Source: Ylistrum balloti
Lineage: Eukaryota
NCBI RefSeq assembly: GCF_031769215.1
Contig: NW_026782282.1
Location: 1 to 64,000 of the forward strand
DNA: 64,000 bases
Direction of reading: 5' to 3'
Shown: positions 37,692 through 52,698 of the stretch, one piece after another
Position numbering within the stretch: the stretch's first letter is position 1
Layout of the letters: every line of letters begins with the position of its first letter
The notes under the pieces: generated by a model
Databases searched by the model: none
Told to the model about the DNA's origin: nothing
Seen by the model: only the letters and a program-made list of their open reading frames with translations
Position numbers and translations under genes: made by a program

Positions 37692-40600
37692 ATGGGGGAC
37701 AGAATGTGTGCCAAAGTAATGATGGCGCTGGCCACCATTATGTTACCGATAGTAATCGTGTTTATGGCGGTGTCTTTTGCTACCGATTATTGGCTGGTAT
37801 ATACAGTTGACAGAACAATCCTTCGAGCGTCCGACAACGCCTTATATCTTAGTTCTACGACAAATCTAGAAGCTGGCAAATATACTCACACCAGAAGGAA
37901 TGGTCTTTTCAGGACATGTTTCCCTGGCAACGACACACAGTGTGAGTATCGAAATTACTTATATCATTCATGATATACTTTTGTAGTAATTAATGAACTG
38001 GATTACCAATGCCCCACCCAGAAACAACAAAATGGCGTCCGAAACTTCAATTTATGTCCATATATCGATGATTATCACAAAACATTCACATTTAGATATG
38101 AATTATACAAAGAAAATGTTTGTTTTGTATATGTTTTTGAGGGTATAGAATAGTAAATCGACTGTATCATATTAAACGCAAGCCCTATGACGAATTGACG
38201 GATGTACACCTGATAACTAAATCAATTTATTCACTTCCTGTTTGGCGAAATGTCATCTTTTTTTTCCCAGAAAGTTAAAACGGATCTTGTATATCGCCAC
38301 ACAGTAACTATCAAAGCAGGGTGGGGCATGCTTCCCGGGGGTGGGGACTTATTTTGTTTACAGGTGTTAATCATGATGGCCCACCTCTTCCCGTTTGGGC
38401 AGTCAGGCGAAACACAAAACATATAACTGCCATCACTGCTATACTCAGTAATTTCTGATAAATGGACTTGTGAAGTGACATCTGTTTGTATTAGCTGTCA
38501 AAGTATAAAGCAATCAATAAGTTATAACGACCCCTGATCGCAGTGTATTCCGTATAATAACCGATGGTTCACATTAAATGAGACCTCCATGTTGCCCCTT
38601 TGAAATAACTTATTTTGAAGCCTGTGTTATTTGTACCAAGAAAAAAATCTTCATTTCTAATTTCTTGAATTCTTCTTAAAGTCATTTGCCTTTTCAGTTT
38701 CCTAATGTTTATGAAATAACTGGCATTTCTTTTGTCTACCTTTTTCTTTAAAATATTGTCTTTTTCATATGTCATATCCTTGTTGTCAACTCGCCTTACC
38801 CCTCCAGCATCCAATTGAATTCCCAAAGTCCATTGTCATTAATTGGTGCCTAACATTCTTTAATCGAGGCTGTTGCAAAGTCACTACCATACATGTGAAA
38901 TTCGCAGCCCTGATTAATATTTCTTGTTGAACCTATCAAACCTGATCAGTGCCTGTAATTTGTACGAATTTCTCAAAACTGCTCTCCTTTCTGTAACTTT
39001 TACGTAAGAAGCCCCTGTCTTTCAATGTTTCATTTCCCTATCAATTTACACTTTGACTCGTTCACTTTCATTACTCTCACATTGAGTCAATCCGTTCTTA
39101 AATAGTGTTTGTCTAACTGTTGTCAATTTAGTACCTCGTCTTCAATGTTTCATACATGTGACAGTTTGAATTTCTCGGGAGACTGAAAGACAGACCGATC
39201 TGTACAAGTTGTTGGTTCAAGCATAATTTATTTGTTCAAAAAACAATCAGAGGGATTGGGCACAAGTTTTGACAACTTACTTGGCCCTCTCCTGTACACG
39301 TTGTTGGCATGTGTCGGGCTTTCCCTATGTTGTTCAGTGAGGTAGCTACCAATTGTTACAAGACATCTCCTAAAACTGACCTCTGCAGTTGACCGGGACA
39401 ATAAAACCAGTAAACAAACATTACTTAAAGACCAATTTACATGTTTGTTACCATGATAACCCAGGTCAGAATATTACCATGTGTGAGTTCATTTGCCCCC
39501 TCTCTCGGAACCGACACCTACATACCTACGTCCCTTTCTAGGATAATAACGTAAATATATACGTGTTTGAAATCGGATTTATTTATATCTTTAACTCTTA
39601 AACACTGGTCTCTGGTTTCCGAATGTGAAGTATCTGGTGTGTTACGCTGTGTTAAGTTTTTCCCTTTGATAACTAGGTACATTGAATTTTTTATCACTAA
39701 ATTTATAACGTGATATGGCCGACTCGCTTCTCACGTTTGCCACGAATTCGGCTTGTGTCAACTGGCTTTCATACATAAATTAGCAATTTCCTTCGCCATT
39801 TTGAACTTATTAGTGGCAAGTATCCTATTGAAACCGACCTTTGTCCATCATCGTAAGCAATTTACATTTTCGATTTCTCAAAAATGAACCCCTTGAAATC
39901 AATGCTAATGAAATTTTGTGGAAACCCTCTATGGGCAAAGGCAAACCAAAATTGTGAATTATATGATCCGTCCCCGCTACCATACACAAGGGCTGATAGT
40001 TGAGGCCAAAAGAGGTCAAGTCAACTAAATATTATATAATATTCTCAAGACCCATATATGATAGAATCAAATACTCTTCTTAGGTGAAAGGATCATACGA
40101 AGCGTTACCAATATTGTTAGATTTGATATTTTTTCATAGTTTCACTAAAATACAACCGAATACTACTGCGTCTACAAACGTTCCTGTTTATAAAGGTCAA
40201 TGGGCCAGTAGTGTAACTAACTGCATACTCTACAAAGAAAGCGTGTTACCTTTCTTCAGAATATCTTTAGGCAAATTTTCATGAGAGAAAGGACTGTGTC
40301 TTAAATAGTTTGAAAACAAACACATTTCAACATCGAGATAACTTTCGATCCAGCTTCACATACCCTGGGCGAATTTGATCCTAGCCATTTCTTAAGCCCA
40401 TCCTAAATTCTCTTCTGTCAGCTACAGTCACAAACCACTGTCATCAATATGGCGGATCTGTTGGAGTGTATGTGTGACCCCATTCCAGCCGAACATTACA
40501 CCGAATAAATATTATCTCGGCATCCACTACCCCGGTAACTTAAAACCATTTCTGACCGTATATAGTAAGACTGTACCTAACCATCCGTGTCAACCATGGT

Positions 40601-43600
40601 GTTTCTCTTCTTCCGGCTCTACGGTAAACTGTCCCATTTATTTAAACCAGACACATGCATGTTTATAGACGCCCCACCTTTCAATAAATGCAGCCAGTTT
40701 TTGACTAAGTCAGTTTTTGACTAAAACACGTGTTTGGAATGTAGTGAACAATTTTCAAAATAAAAAATAAAATATATTTAAAAAAAAATCATAAAATTTA
40801 TTGCCGAAAAGAAAATTTAGTCTCGACTCGTACACAGATTTGTATTTACCGACCCTGGCTAGTTAATATTTAGGCGGACCTGCATCGTCGGTCGATACCT
40901 TGGACGATAAGTGGCCGAAATTCAATATTCTTTTAAATAGACTATTCAATAGATCGTGAAAGATGGACAGTAAAGCACGGTTAGTTTTAAAGTTTTGTTC
41001 AGTTTGAAAAAAAACGCACATGACATCGACCACGTGACAGCACAACGGTGTTTGTATTATTGACTTTTTCTTAATGATATTCAAACCAACGCCCTTAAGT
41101 CACTGGTCATTTACTTTCTCTACTCGACTGGACATGTTCAAGGACACTTTTAGCCCAGGACTTTTAGCTGACCACGTGGTAAATAAATATACCTGGGCTC
41201 GATGGCAGCTCGAAAATTCGCCATTCACAATTTAAAGGTTTTGTATGTGTTTGTTACCTTCGTAAAACGATACGTATGAAGCTGTGGGAGGACTTTTCCG
41301 ACAGTCCATGTTTAACTATGAGACTAGGTACCGGTCTGGAACACTCTGTATACAAGTTTTGGTGATAGAACAACGTCACTTTTAATACATAGTCTTTGAA
41401 GTGTGAAAATGTATTCTGATATAGGTCAGAATTGCATTTTATGTGAATGTTTCGAGGTTCATATGATTATACAAAGAGTACGTGAAGTGTATCGAGGTAT
41501 TTCTAAAAAAAATGTCTGAAATGTTCTAATTTCATTGTGAAATGACGCGGTTTTTTATGTTGAATATTCTTTGCGTCAAATTGACACAGAAGCCTTTTGT
41601 GTGAAAGGTAGAGAATGTGGGATCCACCCAGCCGTGCCGTTCTGTGTACATTTATCTTGATAGATATATACATAGTCAAAAGTGTTCACTGGCGTTTGTC
41701 TTCAAATTACGTTCATAAAATGAACTAGATTGTAACTGCAAAAGAGTGTAAGTTTAATTACCTGTACTTGGTATGTTGCCAGGCAAATATTGAGAACTTC
41801 ATTTTCGTGTTAATTTTTAAAATTGCACCTCGCGGATTGCAAAATGACTCGAATTACTTATCATTGTATATATATAGTTACTTTACAAACCGAGCCGAAA
41901 CATAACCCGACACCGGTCTTACCCGGAGCGTACTGTCGGTAAATGGCAATTTCCACCCATACATAAACTTAGACAGACACCTCACACACACTGTACCTTA
42001 TGTTCCTTCAACCCATCCACCCTCGTTAGTTATTCTCTACAACGGGAGTTTGTGACCACACCCGTTCTGGACGTCATGTTGACATTTTAAAAACCTGGTT
42101 ATGATTTACCTCGCATGAACATTTAGTCCCTCTCGTGTTGAAATGAGTAAAATTATTTCTAAAGGCCATTATTATTCATATGGAGTGTTATTGTTTCGAT
42201 CTCGCCCACATAACGTGTATATCAGCACCGCCCATTTTTAAACGGTATATTGAATAAATACTTGTATTCTATGTATGCGCTTAGTTTCTGAGGGCGATAA
42301 TGTCAGGATTTAACAAATCTCTTAACATCATTGTACTTCCAAAGGCTTTCAAACGCACCTTGTTTCATGCAGATATTTCACCTGAGACCGAACAGGGCTA
42401 CAATTTACAAGTACAGATACTCACAACACGAAAGACAAATAAATTTTATTATTATTTATCAAACTTTAATCTATTCGATATAATTTTGTTTGTTTGTTTG
42501 TTTTTTTATCAAACTTCAGTCATTTCAATACGAAAACAAACCCCAAACAAATTATTATGACTATACTTAAAAGCCAAGGTTCTTTGACACAGTCTTCTAC
42601 AACACACAAATGACCTAAGAATGATTTGTGTACTATGAATGGGCCATGGCCCTATTCGTATTGACAATTGTCGGTAGTTATGTCCAGTTTATAGCTGACC
42701 AGCGGCTATTGCTGTCCAGACAACATCCCGTACTAGGGCAGGATCATTATGTCGTGACAGCCTGATGTACCAACCCAAAACTTGATCTCGTGACAGAACA
42801 GCAACAATGATTCTCACCTATGACCAGAAATATCAATAAAAATGCACATTGCTGTATACCATAAACACAGTTTGGTACCATACAAGTTAATTTGCAAGAA
42901 AGTCTGCTGTAGAAGTAGCCTTTCTGAGATAATGTTCAGTTTTTCTTTCTCCACATGAAATGAAATTCGTTGTTGTCACCTGTCATTCAGAGTGCTTATC
43001 AAACGATTGTGGCTGTCCAACTTCCTTCGAAATTATAATTAAAAAACAAACCGGATAACATTAAAAATATTTAATCTGTGGAAATAATCTTGACTGTATT
43101 AATTGATCTTACTTCCAAACAGAGATCGTTCGCAGTAAGTTCAAATATTTTCTGACGAATGTTTGTGAGCCCATGGAAATAGTTACTACAGAGGACTCGA
43201 ACATCTGTTGCACTTCTTAGTTAAACTCGCTTAAAATATGCCAGTCAAAGAAATGACAAAAGACACGATTCATTATATCAATGAAACCCACCCTATCACA
43301 AACGATTTTATAAGCATACATGCATGTAAGAATAAACACATTTTAACTCGGGATGTATTTCGTAACTTTTCTCCTTCCTTGTGGCTGTAACGTGACTGCT
43401 GTTTGTGTTTCAGCTATGCTGTTTAAAACCACGGAGAGATCTATATAATGTCGGTAAACAGCCCGGTTCCGTGGTCGATAGAATAAATTGTGTAAACACT
43501 TGTATTCATGTTCTCCGAGAGATCGATGAACATAGTTTATTATACAAACTGGTGCATAAATACGGTTTATAGAGTAATGTGGGACACAATTTCTTTCGAA

Positions 43601-46600
43601 GGCGCTTTTAAGTTCGAGTGTGACATATAATAGAAAGTTACTCGCTATGAATAACTCTATGAACTACGAGATCGTATAACATGTCGGTCTATTATGCATT
43701 TGTTGTGCCTGTCGCTTATTGATAAGGAGTTTCCACTCAACTAAATGCTTTTCATAAAAGTCCCAGTTTCTCCACTATAGCTTGCTAAATTATCTCCTAG
43801 CTGTATTCACCAGTCCGCCATCTTAAAAACACCACATCTGCAAGAAACTTGAGAAACATATTCTAAACTCCGTATATTAGCGGTGAAGATTTACGAAGGT
43901 GACAAATTCACCCATCTCATATGAATGTTGCCGATCGGGGTTCGATTCCCCTGATCGGTCGTTGAAAGGTCACCTGCGTGAACTTGTTTGTTGTCGGTAT
44001 ATATATAATTCATTTCAATACTTAATATCTGCTATCGACTTCAATCTATGCCTTTGTGAAAGCACAATTATTTCGTTAAAAATATTTAATTCTTCTCTAA
44101 GATGAAAAACTAAATGTATATGCTTATGTTCAATAACATTTCACACAAAGACGACATATATATTTAAATTACGACTTGGCTTTAAAATGATGCAGATTTT
44201 CAAGGAAATTGTTATATGATTTTGACGTTTGTTTGATATTATGTTCCCAGGCATTATGTATATTTCAACAACAAAACACTGTACGAATGTTTCGTGAAAG
44301 ATGTTAAACGCTTAAGCGATCAAGATGGTATGTTGATGTAATGGCTTTGAGTCATACCTTATACAAAATTGCACCAGACACACAACAGTATGACATGATA
44401 CAGACAGTGTCGTTTAACCGTAGGACACCAAAGTAATCCGCATTTGACCGCAGTTCGTTAACCTAAGGCAGAAAAATAAATTGACTGCGAAAGGCAATAA
44501 ATTCTCTCTGTTCAAGGTGCTTCTCCGAGGGAATGAACTTGACGGACGAATGGGCAATATCGAGGAATGTTTTGTGTGCACGCACAATTAGAACCGTCGG
44601 TGTTTTATGTCGAAAACAACAAACCAACATGAATAATCTATTTTTTACATATTGGCGCACAACATTAAGTGCGAAAGCAATACCGATTTGTATTGAGTTA
44701 GAAATTCTGATTTTTGCAGCTTATTAACTTGCTAAGAAATTGCCTGTTTACAAGATAACATTCGAATCGGTCGAACCATGGTTGTTTTCTAAACCGAAGA
44801 GATGAAACTCAACAAGAATTCGCGTTTCTATTTTAAGAAAAAAAAATTCCCTAATGGTGACGAAAAGATTAAGAGTACAGAAACGCTGATGCCAATATAC
44901 GTTTTGATTATTTTTATATTAAATGACAAATCTAGTCTAAGAGAAATTTAGTCATTCAGTAAAATCTATGTTTTGAATCGTATGGGTCTGTAATATCTCC
45001 TGAACTGAATAACCTATCACGATGTCTTAAGCGGCCTTACAAAAGTAGCGGAAGGCAATACACACCACACATTATGACTAATAAGTGTTTTAATGACAAT
45101 ACACACCTGGGCACACACCGTAGTATTGTTATCTTGGCGCTTAAGTTATTGAAAAAAAAATTACAATGCTTTTTACTTTTTCAAATATTAACCCTAAGAA
45201 ACGTTTGCAAATATAATCAACGGCAAACAGTTAAAAAAACAACATAGAAAGTTTTATTTCTGATAAGGATCTTGTAGCGATTTTTACATGACGCTCATGC
45301 TAACAAATATTTACAATAATTGAAACAAATGTTGCCGTAGGAAAGACACGTTCGACTAAATACCGCTGTGTTGTATTATAGCGACGTGTTGACAGATTGG
45401 ACAGGTTGATGTCGTTTCAATATTTATCTTTGTGAGGTACCTGTAAATGTTTCCCCTATAACGATATTTTTGTATTTCCGCCTTTAATCAAGCACAGGGG
45501 TTTGATGCAAAAAATCGTTTGCTAATTGGTATAATTTCTGTCACAGGCGCTTGATGCAATTATTTGCATACATTTAGTAATTTTATATATATATATATAT
45601 ACATACCTTCTAGGCACTTGGTACACTATGTTTTTAGATGACACAGGCGCTATGTATGTATTAAGTGACATAGGCCCATGTTACGACCCGGCAAATACTA
45701 GTTATTAAAGATGTCAAACGTGAACAGTAAAGCTATCATAAATGTCAACATTAAGTTTATTTATATGTATCATACATTGCTGTATGATCTGTTAAAATTC
45801 CTCGAGTTAATTAACGCATGTGGTTTGGTATAATTACATATTCTGGCGACTTAACCTTGTTAATAGTCGACGATCCAAGAAACAAGATAGACATATCCAC
45901 GTCCTTGTTCTGTATGTGATTAATCGTTATGACACGAAGTTATGACTTTCGGTCATCCTCGGGGTCTATTGAAATCCATATGAATATAAATCTAGCAAAT
46001 TTTATATTGATATATCGTTATTTATCATCCAGAAATGAGAAACATATATATATATATTTTTTAAACAATTATCAAATAAATAAATAAGAGCAAATAACCA
46101 GAAAGTCAGTGTCACCTAGATGTCGAGAAAATTAAAAAAAAATCTTTTTCAGCTAAAAATTTTTTTTAATTTAATATAAATTCAATTTTACTTAATAGAT
46201 CATTGGTGACTCACTCACGATTTGAAAATTTTATGCACGTGACACATATATTTCATATAAAATTGGTTGATTAAATTCTCGGATAAGAGAGTATAAGCTT
46301 CTCCGATATATTTTCTGAGTTATCTTTCTTTTTTTTTCAGTCTTGGATGGCGCTGCTAACCTGTTGGACCAGCACTGCTTTCATTTTTCTTATGAAATGC
46401 CAGAGAGGACAAGTTCTTACACCGAGAACTACATCACGAGAATCCGTACGTATAAAAGATATACTTAAATTCAAAGACAGTAATTGGCCAACTTAAAACG
46501 CACTGAAAAAAAAGTATTGTACTCGAGCTTAAAATTTCCAAATGGCTATATGAAATTTCCAAAATGTCGTTGTTGACATCTGCAATCTATTTCACTCCAT

Positions 46601-48069
46601 ACAGAGTGCAATGTGATATTCGATATCAAATTCCTTACATAATAAACACATCAGGAAGTAGTGTGAGGCGTTCAGAATCACACATGCCTGAACAAAAGTG
46701 TCGCTGTAAAAACGTCGAGCTTAAGAAAATAAAAATGTGAGAGCTTTTCATATACATGAACATATTTTAACATTTCGAAACTTGATGTCTTAGATGAATA
46801 AAGCAAAAGTCATATGTATTAAGTATTTTTTATTATGTCTGAACAGATCTTATCCGATGTTGGTTGGCCTTTTTCATCCTGGCACTGGTAGCTTTCATGA
46901 CAACATTTGTGTTTGGCCTCGTTCTGATTTGTGTTATACGTCACAAGGCGCGCTGGGCCTATCTGGCTTCCTTGTTTGCCTTTATAGCAGGTACGTCACG
47001 TGTCATATACTCCGTTGCGTGGTTGCACTGATAGTTAGAAACTCTTTTACGTGTTTTCATGTTTATAACAACAAGATGACGCAATACAGGAATGTGGGTT
47101 ATTACGTTTGGTGAACACTGAAAAGTTACATATGAGGAAATTTCAGTTTAATATACAACTCTTAATATTTTATTGGAACTTAGTAGCTCCTTAAGCAGAA
47201 TTTAATTCCATCGAATTCATTTACCCTATCATCAAATAGGTTTTCATCTGTGCATCGTTCTGCTGTTTACGTTTACGGAATTATAAACTACATGCGAAAC
47301 TCGTGTCATATAAACAGCGGCAAACTTTACTTCACGGAGAAATTATCTTTACAAGAGTAAATGGTTTTTCTGAAAAAACGAATGTCATCTATTTTTATTC
47401 AGCGTTAGATAATACAAAGTTTTATTGTGTCTCCGTTTGTTTGATAGCGTTTTCCTGCGCGGCATCCATTGCTTTCTTCCATGGCGCTGAATACATGGAA
47501 AAGAACAAGATCTCGGACGCTGCCGGACACTTTCCCTTCACATGGACAGCTGTAAGTTGATGGTTCACATCTCATTTGTCATTAATACTGCTCCAAATAT
47601 ATCTTGAATTATCTATTTAAAAGTCGTATTTCTAAAATAATTTCCAATTATTTGAAACAAGGATGTTAGTGTTTTTAAAACAATTCAAGAAAGAGTAGAT
47701 GGCATTGGTGATAAAAGACATAAGCGTAGTGACATATGTTTATTTGTTTTCCTGCAGCCTTTGACTAATGCAACAAGTCGTTCCTATGGTTACTCATACA
47801 TCCTTGGATGGATTGGTGCCGTCCTTGCTGGTCTGACGGCTAGCTTCTATGCCATCGCTGGATGCCACTTCGACGACTCCTCCTACGAGAAGAAAGAGCC
47901 AGTTGCCAAGGATGTCTATGTACAGCCAGAAGCTGGGTACTACCCATCAGCCTACAACTACGGCTACTCCGGATACGGCGCCGAAATGTACGCGCAACAG
48001 CCATATATGGTCCAACAACCCCGCTATCTACCAGTGACCTATGGTGACCCTTATTGGTCAAGCAAATAG
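37692..48069 (+). CDS. Claudin/PMP22/EMP/MP20-family four-pass membrane protein, 5 exons, 304 aa
   Basis: Exons: 37692-37941, 46341-46445, 46847-46990, 47448-47551, 47758-48069. All junctions are GT-AG with phases 1,1,1,0; total 915 nt. TM1 is followed by ATDYW...GLFRTC...C (claudin W-GLW-C-C-like signature), three more hydrophobic helices, and YGYSYILGW before TM4. Confidence 0.93.
39820..40085. mobile_element. Interspersed repeat fragment in claudin intron 1
   Basis: Motifs gacctttg, tttacattttcgatttctc, aatgaaattttgtggaaac and caaaattgtgaatt resemble non-autonomous DNA elements of bivalves (recalled, family unassigned). Confidence 0.4.
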
Positions 48070-50224
48070 ATTCTGCATTAAAACCAACTTTTGCATCTCA
48101 ATGGTGATCAAGACGGCTAGACCTGTTTTGGAAGCTAGCTGTTCTAGCATATCCTAGGTTTATTATCATTATCCAAAAAGTCTAACATGGATGCTTCCAA
48201 AACTGCATAATGTCTGAATGAGGTTAGAGTTCAAACGGGGATGTGATTTGTGCTTTCTAAGATCAGACACTTACGATAAGACTGAATCTAAGTCCCAGTG
48301 TTCCTGTTCATTGTTCTCAGATGGTAGAAGTAGAGATTTATATCTTTTACTGTTCATTTTCATCTTGTTTATATACTCATTCAACTAGAACGGTTGTATC
48401 AACATGCTTGTAAGAGAAATTGGCATTTGCATAAACTGGATTTCATGAAAAAAGTTGTAAATTTCAAAATCAATATAATGAAATATCACGCTTACAAAAT
48501 GTGTGTACGTGTGATTTAACACAAGGTATTGCGTTGTTGGTCTTTCAATTACTGCCAAAAATAATCATCATATTGACTAAAGGAGTTCGACTCCAGAATC
48601 TGATCAACCGGAACCGGAAGTACCCCATTCAATTTACGCAACCATGTTCATTACACGAAGTCTCACTATATTCAATGTACATATCCTTATAGATTTATGT
48701 ATACTCTGTATTATGTTTTTATATATCTATTATACAAAAATATATGTGTTGTTCTAAATCTCATTGTGAATTTACGTCTTGCACTGACAATATAGTTACC
48801 TCCCTTGGTTGGTGATTTAAGGTAAATGATACTGGAGGATAGGCCTAACTCGCAGTGGATCAATTATGTTTGTGAAGATCGAGATATCCGCTTAAAATTA
48901 GAGTTAGCTCCCTTCCTTGTTAAGGATGAAGCAACTTTTTTTCTCGGCTGAATTACTTCCATTTGGAATGTAACGCAATTTTATTTGCAAATATGCAAAT
49001 TGTAATGGATTATGGTAACGACATATAGACATGCAAAATAAAGTTGTTGATTTTTTTTTCTTTAAAAAATCCAATCAACCTCACAACTGTAAAGTGTGAT
49101 TTTTATATTATTTATCGAATATTTAACGTAAAAAAATATTATTGCCGGCTTTTCGGTAAGAAATATTAAGTTTAGTATCACTTAACCTTAAGTCTCCAGC
49201 TCGGGGACCATAATAGTAGCTATCTGTTGCTGGTTATCGGAAGTTGTGATCCACCATTGATCATTGTATAGAAGTGGCATGTAAACAGACGGTTCTTAAA
49301 TAACAATTTTTAACAACAAATTGAAATATTGCATCGTTTTGAATTCATCGAAAAAAACATTGTTTATATGAATTTGCAATATTAGATAATTAACAGTTGA
49401 CTAACAAGTTTAAACCACATGTTACCTGAAAATTTGCGTTTTAAAATATATACTTTGTAAAAACATTGGTGTTCATTTTCTTTGTTTAAAGATGATACAC
49501 ATTTTACCATAAAAGGTATATGCTTGCTTAATACGTGTCGTGACGTGCATATCTCCCAAGATCGCAGAGTTTGAGAGGCACAGATGATTATTTCAACGTT
49601 TCATTTATAATTTTAATATGCAAAGTACAAATTTTGGTCGATAGACACTGTCAGCTCTCCTAAGAAAAGACTGGATTACCTACCTTAATACAGTTTTTCT
49701 CCACTAGAGTGCGTCTTAGAAACTTCGAAACTTCGGCCGGAACAAAATGTGCCGAGTGCTAAGACGGGCCAGGACTGTAATCTTGGTAGAGAAAAATATC
49801 GAAAGGACACTGAATGATCATTCAACAGCTCGTCCTCGGAATTCCGTCTTTGTTTTCACAGACAGCATTGTTGGATGAAGCGTCGGCAATACGTATTTTC
49901 CATGGTATAATATATAGTGAAAAGTGTTTCAAACAGTTTAGGTAATATTCAACAGTTGATTAAGTACTGTTTCAAAGATATGATCTAGAGCAGTCACCAC
50001 AGATTTGAACAGTCAGTGCACAAGTTCTCATGAGAACACTTGGCTAGAAATGTATTTGAAGACAATTGTGCCAATGAGTATTTGACTACTAGCGATCGTT
50101 GAATACACATATAGAAGTTTTCCGCAAAATTCCCTAAATACCATCGTGGAAAGGAAAACCGCGTGGTAAATAAAAATATCAGCCAATCAAAATGACAGAA
50201 TCGATTACGTTAACCTGTCGTATT

Positions 50225-50400
50225 CAGAGGCGTAGCAATAATGTATGCTTGTATGCTTAAACATACACTCGAATTCCATTGAGATATATTTGCCCTGCTT
50301 TTTTAACCTTACTGCGCCCCTAGACCCCCTTAACCGGGGCTTCGCCCTGGGATCCTCTCTTGAAAGCATACACTCTTTAAAATGTTTTGCTACGCCACTG
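50225..50400. mobile_element. hAT-like MITE
   Basis: 12-bp TIR cagaggcgtagc / gctacgccactg (1 mismatch), internal ggggcttcgccc, and GTATT on both flanks. Confidence 0.75.
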
Positions 50401-51996
50401 GTATTTTCGAAGCTATATCGAAAGAAGAACCAAGAAAAGCCCGCCACAACCAATCAATTCTGTGAAGAAATTAAGATTTCGACTAAAGGGAGATAACGCA
50501 TGGTTAGCAATGTCTTGTTTACAAAGAGAAATAAAAGTTTTTAATTGATAATTTGATACATAAAGGATAATATCTCGTTATGTTGCCGGCTTTTTCATAA
50601 ACATAATGTTCTTATCAACTGAAATGAATTTCAAAACCTGCTTTGTTGTTTATGATTTAAAGGAAATATCCCGTCGTAACTTCATTGATATTTTCACACA
50701 CACGTATTCTAATTGCTCGGATCATCATATCAAGTACACCATTCTTATCTGTAACAATGACAGTAGTCAAACACAATGATAAATTCTTTTTTCCTTTCTG
50801 TAGATAAAGGTTCTCGATAATGCATCCAAGTGAAAAAGTTGAACTTAATAAAAAGAAGAAACCTTGTTCAAACAGATACCCGGTATAAATGAAAACTAGG
50901 CGTACAGTAGTCCCCCCCACCACTAACTTATGCACAGTGCCGATTGTGGCTGCATAACGGGGATGACGATATAACGGAATTTCAGGAATATAATGTCTGT
51001 TCTGCGCCGCTCTTTTAGTATGGTTAAGTGTAATATGTTAATTACTAAATTTCCATCCACCCTTGTCTCTTTCTCTTTCCGAGGGAAAGGAATATTTTAA
51101 TTTGGCTTAATCTGAATTGAATGGAACAATCCAGAAATACTTTATATATTGTATGTGTTTTCTCCAAAAGCAAAATATGAAGTTTTTGTCTGAGATATAC
51201 AAAGTGTATTAGCTGAGTTCATCACTATATACTACAATCTGCTTGTGTTGAGGTGTGTGATCTAGCTATAAAATGCATTCTGTTACAGTTGAATTTGTAT
51301 TTTTTAGCAAAGGATCTAAATAAAAAACTGTAAACGTACCGTAATGAAAGATTAAGTTTTCTAAAATATTCTCATCGACATACACTAATCACGTCCATGT
51401 TCTCAAACACATATATTTTAATTACTATCAGCTAGAAACTGGCTTTTAAAGGCTGCAGAGACGTGTGTACATGGGTGTAACAGTCTGTGTTGGGATGTGG
51501 GGCGCGCCTCAACAGTCTGATCGCCAAATAACATCAAGGATACTGTTACCAGTGAGAATGTTCCATGTCACGCTTCCAGTCTTTTCAAATAATCCGAAAT
51601 ATAAGTGATATCGAAAGACTGATATAAGAGAGAGCTAGATCAACTGATTCTGGAACACGAGGGACCAAGAAACAATAAAACGTTATCAACGCCTTCTCAA
51701 GCGTTTACCCTATTATATCAATTAACTTTTCTAGTGCACGGACAGGGTCTTTTTGAAGTAAGAGCTCAATGTAGTTGCTGGCGATTTCCCTCACTGAACA
51801 ACACAACGGAGGCCCGTCGCAAGATTTTCAAAGCAATTATGGTAAAGTGTCTTTCCAAGGACATAACCACGTCAGCACAGACTTGCTCGTTTTTTCATCT
51901 TTTCGTGAAACACATACCGTCACGGGTAGTGAGCGTCGAACCATGAACCTCGGACCGACTGATATGTCGCGGTTCCTACCTTTTTTCATACATGAT

Positions 51997-52150
51997 CAAA
52001 TATATTCGTAAAGTTTACAAACATTTGTAACACCTCAAATATATTCGTAAAGTTTTCCAAACATTTGTAACACCTCAAATATATTCGTAAAGTTTACAAA
52101 CATTTGTAACACCTCAAAATATATTCGCAAAATTAATCTTTTGTAAAGTT
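51997..52150. repeat. 39-bp tandem repeat, three copies plus a degenerate fourth
   Basis: caaatatattcgtaaagtttacaaacatttgtaacacct at 51997, 52036 and 52075. Confidence 0.9.
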
Positions 52151-52522
52151 ACCTCAATTTTAAAAGTTATGACTTTATGCAAGACAATCTCGAGCGTAAA
52201 GTTCGAGACAACTGTAAATATATGAAATATACAAAATATACAAAATATTTACAATTATATGGAATAAATTGAAGTAAACGAATTTTTGCATCACGAATTA
52301 TATTTTGAAAAAATGCAGATATAAGTTATGCCTTCTGAAACTTGTAGATGAAGTTTTATAAACATTTGCAGTGTCTGTTTATACTTTGATACACAACTGA
52401 AATTTAGAAAAAACAAAACAAAAATAAAATACAAAACAAAAACAAAATCGAGGTAAGGCCTTCTTCTATACAATGTTTACGATGAAATTTACAATGAATT
52501 ATAACGCCTTTTAAAATACATA

Positions 52523-52698
52523 TAGTCGAACCTCATTATCTCGAAGTCGGCGAGACATTGGGGAAAAACTTCGAGTTATCCGAATATTCAATAATGCGAG
52601 CTCGAATGTTTAATGTGAAATTTTGCCGGACCGATGAAATTCTTCAAATAAAACGGGGTCTTCGAGTTATATGACTTCGAAATAACGAGGTTCGACTG
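52523..52698. mobile_element. Tc1/mariner-pogo-type MITE (copy 2)
   Basis: TIR tagtcgaacctcattatctcgaa ... ttcgaaataacgaggttcgactg, flanked by TA on both sides (52521-52522, 52699-52700). Confidence 0.88.

Noticed and set aside
39337-39360. let-7-like start (tgaggtag)
   Set aside because: Only the first 8 nt match and there is no precursor hairpin.
43925-43990. tRNA-like B-box (ggttcgattccc)
   Set aside because: No cloverleaf or A-box; at most a short SINE relic.
47840-48061. Overlapping alternate-frame and antisense ORFs in the last claudin exon
   Set aside because: Expected shadows of a GC-rich coding exon.
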